From Gemmatimonadales bacterium (GTDB lineage Bacteria > Gemmatimonadota > Gemmatimonadetes > Gemmatimonadales > GWC2-71-9): a stretch of 64,000 nt of DNA. Below the pieces are notes generated by a model that did no database searches, had not been told where the DNA came from, and saw nothing but the letters and a program-made list of their open reading frames with translations. Where the stretch lies: the NCBI GenBank assembly GCA_038321865.1, contig JBBQFH010000004.1:32001-96000 (forward strand). Reading direction: 5' to 3'. A program made the translations under genes and the position numbers. Positions 1 through 9,168 of the stretch are shown here, one piece after another. Positions within the stretch are counted from its first letter, which is position 1. Every line of letters starts with the position of its first letter.

Positions 1-254
1 TGTTCGCCCAGGATCGCGGGGCGCTGCTCGAGGCGGATCGCGCGCTGCGTCACGCGGCCGGCAACTACTACATCAACGACAAGCCGACCGGTGCGGTCGT
101 GGGGCAGCAGCCGTTCGGCGGCGCGCGCGCCAGCGGCACCAACGACAAGGCGGGGTCGATCCTGAACCTGCTGCGCTGGGTGTCGCCGCGGAGCATCAAG
201 GAAACGCTCGCTCCGGCGATGGACTATCGCTACCCGTTCATGGACGGGGAGTAG
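1..254 (+). CDS. pruA: 1-pyrroline-5-carboxylate dehydrogenase, 3' partial
   Basis: Frame from nt 3 reads FAQDR...AAGNYYINDKPTGAVVGQQPFGGARASGTNDKAGS...RYPFMDGE*, the typical P5CDH C-terminus. Not in the ORF track. Confidence 0.9.
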   Translation, partial: FAQDRGALLEADRALRHAAGNYYINDKPTGAVVGQQPFGGARASGTNDKAGSILNLLRWVSPRSIKETLAPAMDYRYPFMDGE

Positions 255-271
255 CGACGGAGCGGGGGGCC

Positions 272-1075
272 ATGCTGAGACAGGGGGCGCTGGCCCTGGC
301 GCTTGGTTCGCTCGGGTTCGGCAGGGCGGCAGCGCAGTCCGTCCCGGCCTACGACGCCAGCCGCCTCGCGTGCGTCCGGTTCACCGAACGGGTCGAGAGC
401 GAGATTCATGGCGAATCGGGTGGCCGTCCTCGCGACGACAGGGGGGCGCGGTTCGCGCGGTGGTCGGTCCGCGGTGCCGCCGCCGGTGACTCGGGGACCC
501 GCATCGAAGCCTGGTTCGACTCGTTGTCGCTCTCGCGCACGACCGGCGACGACGTGCGCTCACCGGATACCGACGGGATCGTGGGCGGGCGCTACCGCGG
601 AGTGCTCACTGCTGCCGGACTGTTCACCGCCCTGGCCACTCCATTTGTGCCGCCCGAGGTCGCTGAATTCGCCGATCTCCGCAACGCCTTCGCCGATCTC
701 CTTCCCCTGCTGCCGCCGCGCGCCTTGCGGCCGGGGGAGAGCTGGCGGGCGGGTGACATCGAGATCGAGCGTCTGGGAGACAGCGTCGGTGCCGGCGGTG
801 CGCTTCTGCGCTTTCGGCTTGAGCGCCGGGCCACCCGTCGGGACACGACCCTCACCGCGCCGGGTGACACGGTCGCGATTGCAGTGCGACAGTCCATCAG
901 CGAAACCGGAGAATTCACCTGGGATCCGGTGAAAGGACTCGTCCGGCGGTTTCGCCGGGTGACGGTCGAGACGGATGTGCCGGCGGGCAAGGGCCTCCGC
1001 TACCCGGTCCGGTCCCGCATCGTTCAGCGCATCACGCTCGAGCGGGAGCCCGACGCGGCCGCCGGCTGTTCGTAG
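272..1075 (+). CDS. Hypothetical secreted protein
   Basis: 267-aa ORF with signal-peptide-like N-terminus (GALALALGSLGFGRAAAQ). Its 3' end overlaps pqqE by 52 nt. Confidence 0.7.
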   Translation: MLRQGALALALGSLGFGRAAAQSVPAYDASRLACVRFTERVESEIHGESGGRPRDDRGARFARWSVRGAAAGDSGTRIEAWFDSLSLSRTTGDDVRSPDTDGIVGGRYRGVLTAAGLFTALATPFVPPEVAEFADLRNAFADLLPLLPPRALRPGESWRAGDIEIERLGDSVGAGGALLRFRLERRATRRDTTLTAPGDTVAIAVRQSISETGEFTWDPVKGLVRRFRRVTVETDVPAGKGLRYPVRSRIVQRITLEREPDAAAGCS

Positions 1076-2139
1076 CCGCGGTACCGGTACGCGGGCACCT
1101 CGGCGTCCTCGGCGAGGGCGGCATCGACGAGCGGGCGATCGGGGGCAAGCGCGCAAACCGGGTCGGTGCTGGACGCATCACCCGTCATGGTGAACGCCTG
1201 GCATCGGCAGCCGCCGAAGTCCACCGCCTTCCGCGCGCAGTCACGGCATGGCGGCCGCATCCAATCCTCCCCCCGATAGGCCCGGAACGCTGCCGCCTCG
1301 CGCCAGATCCACTCCAGCGAACGGGCGCGCACGTTGTCGAATTGCATCGTATCGATCGCCGTGGCTCCGTGGCACGGCAGTGCCGTTCCGTCAGGCGCAA
1401 CCACGATGTAGGAGCGCCCCCACCCGCCGTAACACGGCTTCGGGAAGATGCCGAAGTAATCCGGCAGCACGTAGGTGATCCGGATCCTGCCGCGATGCCG
1501 CGCCATGGCGTCCCGCACCACCGGCTCGGCCGCCAGCACCTGCGCGCGCGTCGGCATCAGCGCCGCGCGGTTGCGCAACCCCCAGCCGTAGTACTGAGTA
1601 TTGGCGAGCTCCAGGCGGTCGGCGCCGAGCTCGAGTGCCAGCTCGATGATCCCGCCGACCCGATCCAGGTTCCCACGGTGCAGCACCACGTTCAGTGACA
1701 GGGCGAACCCAAGCTCCCGCGCCAGTGCCGCCGCCGCGCGTTTCTGGCGCACCGAGCTTACGCCGGCGATGCGCTCGGCGTTCTCCGTATCCACATCCTG
1801 CACCGATATCTGGACGTGCTCGAGGCCGGACGCCCGGAGCTTTTCCGCCCGGGAGCGGGTGAAACCGAGGCCGGACGTGACCAGCGTGGTATAGAAGCCA
1901 AGTCCGCGGGCGTGCGTGGCGATGGCCTCGAGGTCGTGCCGCACCAGCGGCTCTCCGCCGGAGAGCCCCAGCTGCAGCACACCGAGCGCACGCGCTTCCG
2001 TGAGCACCCGAAGCCAGTCCTCGGTGCCCAGCTCCCGCTCCGCCCGGATGAGGTCGAGCGGGTTGGAGCAGTAGGGACAGTGCAGTGGACAGCGGTGGGT
2101 CAGCTCCGCCAGCAGTGTCGTCGGGAGCTTAGCGGACAT
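1024..2139 (-). CDS. pqqE: PqqA peptide cyclase, radical SAM/SPASM protein
   Basis: LLAELTHRCPLHCPYCSNP (CxxxCxxC); SPASM cysteines in PKPCYGGWG, LPCH, DFGGCRCQAF. Start re-set to ATG 2139 (MSAKLP). Confidence 0.96.
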   Translation of the reverse strand: MSAKLPTTLLAELTHRCPLHCPYCSNPLDLIRAERELGTEDWLRVLTEARALGVLQLGLSGGEPLVRHDLEAIATHARGLGFYTTLVTSGLGFTRSRAEKLRASGLEHVQISVQDVDTENAERIAGVSSVRQKRAAAALARELGFALSLNVVLHRGNLDRVGGIIELALELGADRLELANTQYYGWGLRNRAALMPTRAQVLAAEPVVRDAMARHRGRIRITYVLPDYFGIFPKPCYGGWGRSYIVVAPDGTALPCHGATAIDTMQFDNVRARSLEWIWREAAAFRAYRGEDWMRPPCRDCARKAVDFGGCRCQAFTMTGDASSTDPVCALAPDRPLVDAALAEDAEVPAYRYRGYEQPAAASGSRSSVMR

Positions 2140-2404
2140 CGATGAGCTCCCGCTCGGCCAGGCCGCCGAGATACGACGCGACGTCGGACCCGACGTCGGT
2201 TTCGTATCGGGCGCCGAGGATTCCGCTGATCTCGCCCAGCGTACGCTGCCCGTCGCACAATTCGAGGATGGCGGCACCGGTCTCGTTCAGAAACACCACG
2301 CCTTCCGGGTAGAGGAGGACGGGCCGGCCGCGAACCGCGTCGAAGTCCAGACGGGCGAGCCGCCAGAGCGAGGGCACGGCGCCGGCGTGTAGCGGCTCAG
2401 GCAT
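2129..2404 (-). CDS. pqqD: PqqA-binding chaperone (RRE)
   Basis: VLLYPEGVVFLNETGAAILELCDG motif; lies between pqqC and pqqE. Confidence 0.93.
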   Translation of the reverse strand: MPEPLHAGAVPSLWRLARLDFDAVRGRPVLLYPEGVVFLNETGAAILELCDGQRTLGEISGILGARYETDVGSDVASYLGGLAERELIDVR

Positions 2405-3134
2405 CGCGGTACGCGTGGTGGATCGTGTCGATCATGGCCCAGAGCATTTCGAGCTTGAACCGCAGGGCGTCGAACGCACGTCGCTGCAGCTCGACGGTGG
2501 TGCAGCGGGCCTGCACCAGCAGCAAGCCATGTTGGCTGTCGCGCGGGGCCTGGTCGAGGCGGGCCCGGAAGTATTCCAGCCCCGCACGGTCCACCCACGG
2601 GTAGTGCTCGACGAACGCGGCAATCCGCTGGCGCATGAGGCCGGGGGCGAAGAGCTCGGTGAGCGACGCGGCGACGGCGTCGATCCACGGCCGGGTCCGG
2701 CAGAAGGTCACGTATGATTCGGCGGCCAGCCGGACCCCTGGCAGCACGTGGCGCTCGTCCTCCATCTCCGGACGCGGCACGCCGAGCGCGACCCCGAGAC
2801 GGATCCACATCTCGATCCCGCCGCTGCCGGGGGTGGCGCCGTCGTGATCCACGATGCGCTGCAGCCACTCGCGTCGGACATCGGGGTCCGGGCAATTCGA
2901 GAGAATCGCGGCGTCCTTCCGCGGTATCGCGCGCTGGTAGGCAAGCCGGTTGGCGACCCAGCCCTGGAGCTGGCGCCGCGTGAGCCGGCCCTCATGCATG
3001 AGCTGGTGGAATGGGTGATGTGCGTAGTACGCGGTGCCAAACGCCCGCAGCGCGTCGGCGAGCGCGTCCGGGGCAAGTGGCCGATCGAGCACGGGTATGG
3101 GCGGTGGGGGTGGCGCCGCGAGGCCGGAGTTCAC
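2397..3134 (-). CDS. pqqC: Pyrroloquinoline-quinone synthase
   Basis: YYAHHPFH, WVANRLAYQRAIPRKDAAILSNCPD, RIVDHDG, SLTELFAP, RFKLEMLWAM. Confidence 0.96.
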   Translation of the reverse strand: MNSGLAAPPPPPIPVLDRPLAPDALADALRAFGTAYYAHHPFHQLMHEGRLTRRQLQGWVANRLAYQRAIPRKDAAILSNCPDPDVRREWLQRIVDHDGATPGSGGIEMWIRLGVALGVPRPEMEDERHVLPGVRLAAESYVTFCRTRPWIDAVAASLTELFAPGLMRQRIAAFVEHYPWVDRAGLEYFRARLDQAPRDSQHGLLLVQARCTTVELQRRAFDALRFKLEMLWAMIDTIHHAYRDA

Positions 3135-4033
3135 GTTCGAAGCTCCATCCCGTCGTATCCGATGGTGATCCCGGCCGCCTCAACGAGCGCCCGCTCCGAC
3201 GAGTGTTCGATCAGCACGGGATTGGTGTTGTTCAGATGGACGTACACGACTCTGCCGGGCAGTGACGCGAGCGGGCGAAGACTGCCCTCGTCACCGCTGA
3301 TCGGAAGATGTCCCATGGCACGCGCAGTTCTCGTGCCCACTCCGAGCGCGATCAGTTCGTCATCCTGCCAGAAGGTGCCGTCGAAGAGCACCACGGCCGC
3401 CTCACTCAGGCGGCCCATGAGCTGCTCATCGAGCGCGCCGCAACCAGGCAGGTACGCGCAGGATGTCCCCGCGCCGTCGCGGATCAGCACGCCGATACAC
3501 TGGCCGGGACCCGCCTCGCCCGCGAACCTCGGCGCGTGTCCCGCGACGGTGAACGCCTCCACCGTCAGCCCCGATTCCCCGCCATCACGGTCGGCCAGCG
3601 GTATGGCCACGCCAGGTTGCAGCCTGGTTACCCGCACGTCCGCGAACGCGCGGGTCAGCGGCAGCAGGCGTGAGGCACGCTCCAGAATATGCTCGATCTC
3701 GCTCGTGGCGTAGAGCTGGAGATGCCGGGCTTCCCGGAGGAGCGGGAGGCCAAGGGTGTGGTCCAGTTCGCCGTCGGTCAGTACGATCCCCTCGAACGGC
3801 ACGTGGCGCGTCACGCCCGGTTGATCGAGCGGGATCGCCGCCAGCTGTCTGCGGACGTCGGGGGAGGCGTTCAGCAGGAACCAGCGCACGCCATCGGAGC
3901 TGACCGCCACGGACGACTGGCTTCGGGGATGCGCCGTCGCGGGATCGCGACGGGACGAGACGCAGGGCGGACACCGGCAGTTCCATTGGGGGAAACCCCC
4001 GCCGGCCGCGGTTCCGAGCAGAATCAGCTTCAT
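3131..4033 (-). CDS. pqqB: PQQ biosynthesis protein B (MBL fold)
   Basis: LLGTAAGGGFPQWNC, RSQSSVAVS, LLNASPD, FDGTFW, MGHLP, HLNNTNP. Confidence 0.96.
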   Translation of the reverse strand: MKLILLGTAAGGGFPQWNCRCPPCVSSRRDPATAHPRSQSSVAVSSDGVRWFLLNASPDVRRQLAAIPLDQPGVTRHVPFEGIVLTDGELDHTLGLPLLREARHLQLYATSEIEHILERASRLLPLTRAFADVRVTRLQPGVAIPLADRDGGESGLTVEAFTVAGHAPRFAGEAGPGQCIGVLIRDGAGTSCAYLPGCGALDEQLMGRLSEAAVVLFDGTFWQDDELIALGVGTRTARAMGHLPISGDEGSLRPLASLPGRVVYVHLNNTNPVLIEHSSERALVEAAGITIGYDGMELRT

Positions 4034-4044
4034 GAAACGACGTA

Positions 4045-4066
4045 GGGCTCGCCGGATGGCGAGCCC
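4045..4066 (-). promoter_or_regulatory. Stem-loop between pqqA and pqqB
   Basis: Perfect 9-bp inverted repeat GGGCTCGCC-ggat-GGCGAGCCC. Confidence 0.65.
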
Positions 4067-4075
4067 CAGTTCGAT

Positions 4076-4150
4076 CTACAGAGTTGCGACGTATGCAGTG
4101 ACTTCCAGCGTCACCGCAACGATCTCCGCCTGCGGCTTGGTCCAGCGCAT
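4076..4150 (-). CDS. pqqA: PQQ precursor peptide, 24 aa (MRWTKPQAEIVAVTLEVTAYVATL)
   Basis: Manual translation. W-x-K-P start and ExxxY (EVTAY) motif; directly upstream of pqqB. Confidence 0.95.
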   Translation of the reverse strand: MRWTKPQAEIVAVTLEVTAYVATL

Positions 4151-4198
4151 CGCTTCACCCTTGGCAAGAGTACGCAGCGCCACTCGCACTGCTTTCGC

Positions 4199-4227
4199 AG
4201 TATAAAAGTCGCGACGGAGCGCCGCAA
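4199..4227 (-). promoter_or_regulatory. Putative sigma70 promoter of the pqq operon
   Basis: Minus strand TTGCGG-N17-TATACT, about 50 nt upstream of pqqA. Confidence 0.55.
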
Positions 4228-4237
4228 CCCGACGGTG

Positions 4238-5827
4238 CTAGTGCGCCATCCCGGCGCCGCCGAGGGGGCGGCCCTTCCGGAACATGAGCAGCAGCGGCAG
4301 GCCGCACACGAAGGTGACCCCCATCACCAGGAACACCTTCTCGAAGGCCACGACCGATGCCTGGCGCTGCACCGTCGCGTTCAGCAGGGCGTAGGCCTTG
4401 AGCTGCGCCGCTTCCAGCGAGCCGCCCTGGCGCATCAGGCCCCGGGTGACGTTGTCGAGCCAGAGCCGCGCCGCCGGGTCGGACGCCGTGACGTGCGGGA
4501 TGAGCGCTTCGCGCGCGGTGACCGTGAACCGGCTGAGCAGGGTCGCGGCGACGGCGATGCCGAAGCTGCCGCCCAGCTGGCGCGACAGATTGAAGAGGCC
4601 GGTGCCCTGCGCCAGCTGCGATGGGCGGAGATCGGCCACCGCCACCTGGGTCAGTGGAACGAAGATGCAGCCGAGCCCCACGCCGCGGAGAATCATCGGC
4701 CAGAGCAGATCGTGCATCCCGATGTCCAGCGTAAAGTGATAGTGCAGCCACATGGACCAGGCGAACAGCGCCACGCCCAGCGTGATGAGATAGCGGGCAT
4801 CGAACCGGCCGCTCAGCCGGCCCATCGCGGCCATCGTGACCGCGCTGGCGATGGCGCCCGGCAGGATCACCTTGCCGGTGTCCCAGGCGGTGTAGCCCAG
4901 GAGGTTCTGCAGGAAGACCGGCAGTGCGAACACGCTGGCGTACAGCGCGAAGCCGAGCATGAGCCCGAAAATCACGCCGCCGGCGAGCTGCCGGTTACCC
5001 AGGATCCTGAGATCCACGATCGGGTGCTCGGTGGTGAGTTCATGCCAGATGAAGCCGACGATGGCGATGGTGGCGATCACCGTCTCAGTGGTGATCTCGC
5101 GCGAATCGAACCAGCCCCGGGCCTCGCCCCGTTCCAGCAGGATCTGCAGCGTGCCGATCCCGATGATCAGGAGCGCGAGCCCGAGCCAATCGATGCCGCT
5201 GGACCTTTCGTTGGCCTGGGCCGGCTCCGGTACGTACCTCCAGGTCAGGAGTGCCGCGAGCGCGCCGAGCGGAATGTTGATGTAGAAGATCCACGGCCAG
5301 GAATAGTTGTCGGTAATCCAGCCGCCGAGGGTCGGTCCCAGCGTCGGACCAACCATGACGCCCATGCCGAAGATGGCCATCGCCTTGCCGCGCTCGTGCA
5401 GCGGAAAGACGTCGAACAGGATGGCCTGCGCCGTCGAAATCAGTGCGCCGCCACCGATGCCCTGGACCACCCGCGAGCCGACGAGCGCACCGAGGGTGTG
5501 GGCGTTGCCGCAGAAGAACGACGCAACCGTGAAGAGCACGATCGAGCCGGTGTAGTAATTGCGCCGGCCGAAGCGGTCGGAGAGCCAGCTGGTTAGCGGC
5601 AGGATGATGACATTGGCCACGATGTAGCCGGTACTCACCCACGCGATCTCGTCGAGCGTCGCGCCGAGGTTCCCCATCATGTGCGGGATGGCGACGTTCA
5701 CGATGCTCGTATCCACCAGCTCGAGCACGCTGGCCATCGTCACCGCGAAGGCGATCAGATAGCGGTACCGATGGACGTCGGCGCGGCTGAGCTGCGGCCG
5801 CACCTGCGGCAACGCGATAGCGGTCAC
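4238..5827 (-). CDS. DHA2 (EmrB/QacA) MFS efflux permease
   Basis: LELVDTSIVNVAIP, LSDRFGRR, GPTLGGWITDNYSWPWIFYINIP; multi-TM pattern. Confidence 0.93.
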   Translation of the reverse strand: MTAIALPQVRPQLSRADVHRYRYLIAFAVTMASVLELVDTSIVNVAIPHMMGNLGATLDEIAWVSTGYIVANVIILPLTSWLSDRFGRRNYYTGSIVLFTVASFFCGNAHTLGALVGSRVVQGIGGGALISTAQAILFDVFPLHERGKAMAIFGMGVMVGPTLGPTLGGWITDNYSWPWIFYINIPLGALAALLTWRYVPEPAQANERSSGIDWLGLALLIIGIGTLQILLERGEARGWFDSREITTETVIATIAIVGFIWHELTTEHPIVDLRILGNRQLAGGVIFGLMLGFALYASVFALPVFLQNLLGYTAWDTGKVILPGAIASAVTMAAMGRLSGRFDARYLITLGVALFAWSMWLHYHFTLDIGMHDLLWPMILRGVGLGCIFVPLTQVAVADLRPSQLAQGTGLFNLSRQLGGSFGIAVAATLLSRFTVTAREALIPHVTASDPAARLWLDNVTRGLMRQGGSLEAAQLKAYALLNATVQRQASVVAFEKVFLVMGVTFVCGLPLLLMFRKGRPLGGAGMAH

Positions 5828-5834
5828 GCCCGGC

Positions 5835-6950
5835 TCACTTCACCGCGATCGTCGCTTCGACCGACATTCCGGGCCGCAGCGGATGGGCCGGGTCCTGATT
5901 GCCGTCGACCCCGATGCGCACCGGAATCCGCTGGACGACCTTGGTGAAGTTGCCGGTCGCGTTGTCCGGCGGCAGCAGGGCAAAGCGCGCGCCCGTCGCC
6001 GGCGACACGCTCTCGACCCTGCCGTGGAACTTGATGCCGGTGTACGCATCCACCGTGAACTCGACCGCATCGCCGGGCCGCACCCGGGCCAGCTCGGTTT
6101 CCTTCAGGTTCGCCGTCACCCACACGTCTCTCGTCGGCACCACCGACATCAGGGCCTGCCCAACCTGGACCAGCTCGCCCGGCTCGACCTTCCGCCGGGC
6201 GATGATGCCGTCAGCCGGCGCCGTGATGACGGTATATCCGAGCTGGATCCGCGCATTGTCCACCGCCGTCTGCGCCGCCTGAAGCCGGGCTTCAGCCGAG
6301 CGGAGGCCGGCTGCCGCCACCGCCACATTGCTTCCGCTGGCCGAGGCCTGCCGGCGGACCGCCTCCAGGTTGGCGCGCGCCGCGTCGGCGGCCGCCTGAG
6401 CCGCATCGAGCTGCTGGGCCGCGATGATCTGCTTCGCGGCCAGTCCGCGGTAGCGTTCGAGATCCGCCGTGGCCTTGCGATACGCCGCCTCGGCCGCGCC
6501 GACCGACGCGTTCGCACCCGATGCGGTGGCCCGATTGGCCTGCACCTGCGCCTCCGCCATGCCGGCGGTGCGGCCGGTGCCGGCCGACGCCTGGGCATTG
6601 GCCAGGTCGGCCTGCGCCTGCGCGAGCTTCACCAGGAGGTCGCGGTCGTCGAGGACGACCAGCGTGTCGCCCGGCTTCACGTGCTGGTTGTCTTCGACGA
6701 GTACCCGGCTCACGAACGCCTGCACCTTCGGCGCGATGGGCGTGATGTGCCCATCCACCTGCGCGTTATCGCTCGTGACGTGATTCCGGCCGTGCAGATA
6801 CTTGTTGCCGCCCCAGAGTGCCGCGAGTAGCGCCAGCGCCCCGGCGATCATCAGCGGGCTGATCCGCCGCTTCGGCGCGGCCGCCTCGGCCGGGGCCGGG
6901 GCGATGCCTCGGGGCGCGGTCGCCGGCGTGTCGTGCAGTTCAGTCGCCAT
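5835..6950 (-). CDS. EmrA/HlyD membrane fusion protein
   Basis: SDNAQVDG, ANLKETEL, FALLPPDNATGNFTKVVQRIPVRI. Confidence 0.94.
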   Translation of the reverse strand: MATELHDTPATAPRGIAPAPAEAAAPKRRISPLMIAGALALLAALWGGNKYLHGRNHVTSDNAQVDGHITPIAPKVQAFVSRVLVEDNQHVKPGDTLVVLDDRDLLVKLAQAQADLANAQASAGTGRTAGMAEAQVQANRATASGANASVGAAEAAYRKATADLERYRGLAAKQIIAAQQLDAAQAAADAARANLEAVRRQASASGSNVAVAAAGLRSAEARLQAAQTAVDNARIQLGYTVITAPADGIIARRKVEPGELVQVGQALMSVVPTRDVWVTANLKETELARVRPGDAVEFTVDAYTGIKFHGRVESVSPATGARFALLPPDNATGNFTKVVQRIPVRIGVDGNQDPAHPLRPGMSVEATIAVK

Positions 6951-7009
6951 CGTCTTCAGATTCCTCGGTCCGTGGGGTTCAGTCGCTGGTTCGTCATCGT
7001 CAGTTGCCG

Positions 7010-8320
7010 CTAGCGCATGTCGGAGAGGACGCCCAGCGCGCGATAGGTCGCGACGCGCGCCGTGCCGTAAGCGACGTGGGCCTGAATCAGGGCGTCGCGC
7101 GCCGAGATCACCGACGTCTGCGCATTGGTGGTCTCCACCGTGCCGGCCACGCCGGCCTTGAAGCGCTCCCGCGCCTGCGAAAGCTCCTGCTCGGCCAGCC
7201 GCAGCCGGGTGCCGGCCAGCTCGACCTGCTGGCGGGCGGATGCGAGGTCGAGAATCGCCTGGCGCGCGTCGGTCTCGACCGCGTTACCGAGATCGCGCTC
7301 GCGGAGCGTCTGTGCCTGCAGCCGGTACTTCTGCTCCGCCGCACGGCTCTGCCGACGGAAGCCATCGAGAATCGGCACGTGCACACCAAGCTGGATCAGG
7401 TAGCTGCCGGCGAGCGTGCTCAGCTTGTTGCCGGTCTGTTCGTAATACCCGCTCACGGCCACGCTGGGGAGCGCCTCGAGCCTGATCGCGCGCAGCGTCC
7501 GCTCTGCCGCGCCGGTGCGTGCGTGCTCGGCCGCGAGCTCCGGCCGGTGCGACCGGGCGAACGCGACGGCCGCCGCGGGATCGGTCGGGAGATTTACTTC
7601 GCCGCCCACCAGCGAGTCGGCGAGCTGGATGGGAGCGTCGGCCGGCGCATCCAGCGCGCGCAGCAGATCGAGCCGGGCGCGCTCGCGGGCGTTGCGGGCC
7701 ACCTCGAGCTGGGCGCGCACGGCGGCGAAGCTGACCTCGCTGCGGGTGGCGTCGATCGCGGGACTCACGCCGGCCGAGACCAGCTGCCGCGCCTGTTCGA
7801 GCAGGCTGGCGGCCACCGCGCTGTCGGCGGTGCGGGCCGCAACCGTCTCGTCGGCGCTCAGGACGCGGAGGTAGACGAGGCCCGCGATCGCGCCGGCGGT
7901 TTCGCCGACGGCGCGAGAGTCGAGCGTGGCCGCGGTTGCCGTATCGCGCCCGGCCCGGAGACGGCTGAGCGCGGCGGCATCGAAGAGCGTCTGGGATCCG
8001 CGGAGCTGGAAGGCGAAGAGGGTGAACGGGTCCGTGACGCCGGTGACGCCGGGAAAGCCGAACTCGTCGAGGTTGATCGTCCGCCGGCTCACGTCCGCCG
8101 ATCCGGCGATCGTCGGAAGGAGATCGGCGCGGCGCTGGTTTGCCCGGGCGTTTGCCACCCGGACGTTCAGCTCGGCCAGGGCCGCCGTCACGCCGCGCTG
8201 GCGCCCGAGCCGGATGGCATCGAGCAGGGTGAGCCGGGCCGGAATCTGCTCCACCGTGTCCGGCGTCTGCGCCGCGAGCGGAGACGCCAGCACCATGAGC
8301 AGCACGAACGCATGACGCAT
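7010..8320 (-). CDS. TolC-family outer membrane efflux protein
   Basis: Signal peptide MRHAFVLLMVLASPLAAQ from ATG 8320; two OEP-like helical repeats; operon context. Confidence 0.88.
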   Translation of the reverse strand: MRHAFVLLMVLASPLAAQTPDTVEQIPARLTLLDAIRLGRQRGVTAALAELNVRVANARANQRRADLLPTIAGSADVSRRTINLDEFGFPGVTGVTDPFTLFAFQLRGSQTLFDAAALSRLRAGRDTATAATLDSRAVGETAGAIAGLVYLRVLSADETVAARTADSAVAASLLEQARQLVSAGVSPAIDATRSEVSFAAVRAQLEVARNARERARLDLLRALDAPADAPIQLADSLVGGEVNLPTDPAAAVAFARSHRPELAAEHARTGAAERTLRAIRLEALPSVAVSGYYEQTGNKLSTLAGSYLIQLGVHVPILDGFRRQSRAAEQKYRLQAQTLRERDLGNAVETDARQAILDLASARQQVELAGTRLRLAEQELSQARERFKAGVAGTVETTNAQTSVISARDALIQAHVAYGTARVATYRALGVLSDMR

Positions 8321-8325
8321 CGAAA

Positions 8326-8985
8326 TCAGTCCTCGGGTCGGGAAGCGGCCGGCGTCACCAGGACACCGTTCAGTACCACGTCGATCACGCCCTCCAGCAC
8401 CTGCTCGTCGGTAAGGGCATTGGGGTCGAGCGGGGCGAAGAAGCACTGGTGCTGGCCCGAGTGCACCAGCAGGGATGCGATGGCCCGGGTGGCGAACTGG
8501 TTCGGCGTGCGACGGAATTCGCCGCTCGCGATGCCGCGATCGAGCGCGGCCTGGAGGAGCCGGCGGGAACGCACGATGACTTCGTCGAAGTAGAAGCGCG
8601 CCAGCTCCGGAAAGTTGCCGAGCTCGGACTGCACCAGCCGCCCGATCCGGGCCGTCTCGGCCGTGCGGACCGTGTTCCACATCCGGCGGATGAGGGCTTC
8701 CAGCAGCTCGCGCGCGGTGCCGTCGAAGGTGCGAACCAGCTCCTCGCCCTGCTGGACCGCCGGCAGGATCTTGGCCCGCACCATTTCGCGGAACAGGGTT
8801 TCCTTCGAGTCGAAATAGAGATAGAGTGTGCCCTTGCTCACGCCCGCGCTCCGGGCCACGTCGTCGAGCTTGGTGCGCGCGAAGCCGTGTTCGCCGAAGG
8901 TCACGTAGGCGGCGTCGAGGATCTCCTCGGGACGAGCTTCGGGGCGACGCTGCCAGCGCGGCGCCGGGGGTCTGGTACGGGGCAC
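8326..8985 (-). CDS. TetR/AcrR family regulator
   Basis: HTH EEILDAAYVTFGEHGFARTKLDDVARSAGVSKGTLYLYFDSKETLF. Start GTG 8985 after a GGAG RBS. Confidence 0.93.
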   Translation of the reverse strand: MPRTRPPAPRWQRRPEARPEEILDAAYVTFGEHGFARTKLDDVARSAGVSKGTLYLYFDSKETLFREMVRAKILPAVQQGEELVRTFDGTARELLEALIRRMWNTVRTAETARIGRLVQSELGNFPELARFYFDEVIVRSRRLLQAALDRGIASGEFRRTPNQFATRAIASLLVHSGQHQCFFAPLDPNALTDEQVLEGVIDVVLNGVLVTPAASRPED

Positions 8986-9002
8986 TCGACACACTCCATT
9001 AA

Positions 9003-9020
9003 TAACTGACTGGTCAGTAA
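9003..9020. promoter_or_regulatory. Putative TetR operator
   Basis: Near-perfect palindrome TAACTGAC-TG-GTCAGTAA in an AT-rich patch just upstream of the TetR start. Confidence 0.7.
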
Positions 9021-9168
9021 GATATGGTGAACGGCGCACCTGTCAACCACCAGCCCCGCACGCACGTATGGCTCCCACGGCTCTCGGCCGGGCGGCGGGG
9101 CGACGTCTGCTTGCTCAGGATTCTCCGCGTTCGTACCTTGCGTCATCCTCACGCCGGAGGCCGCACCG

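Noticed and set aside
8321..8992. N-terminal extension of the 660-aa TolC ORF
   Set aside because: It overlaps the TetR gene in another frame and is Arg/Gly/Pro-rich noise; the real signal peptide starts at 8320.
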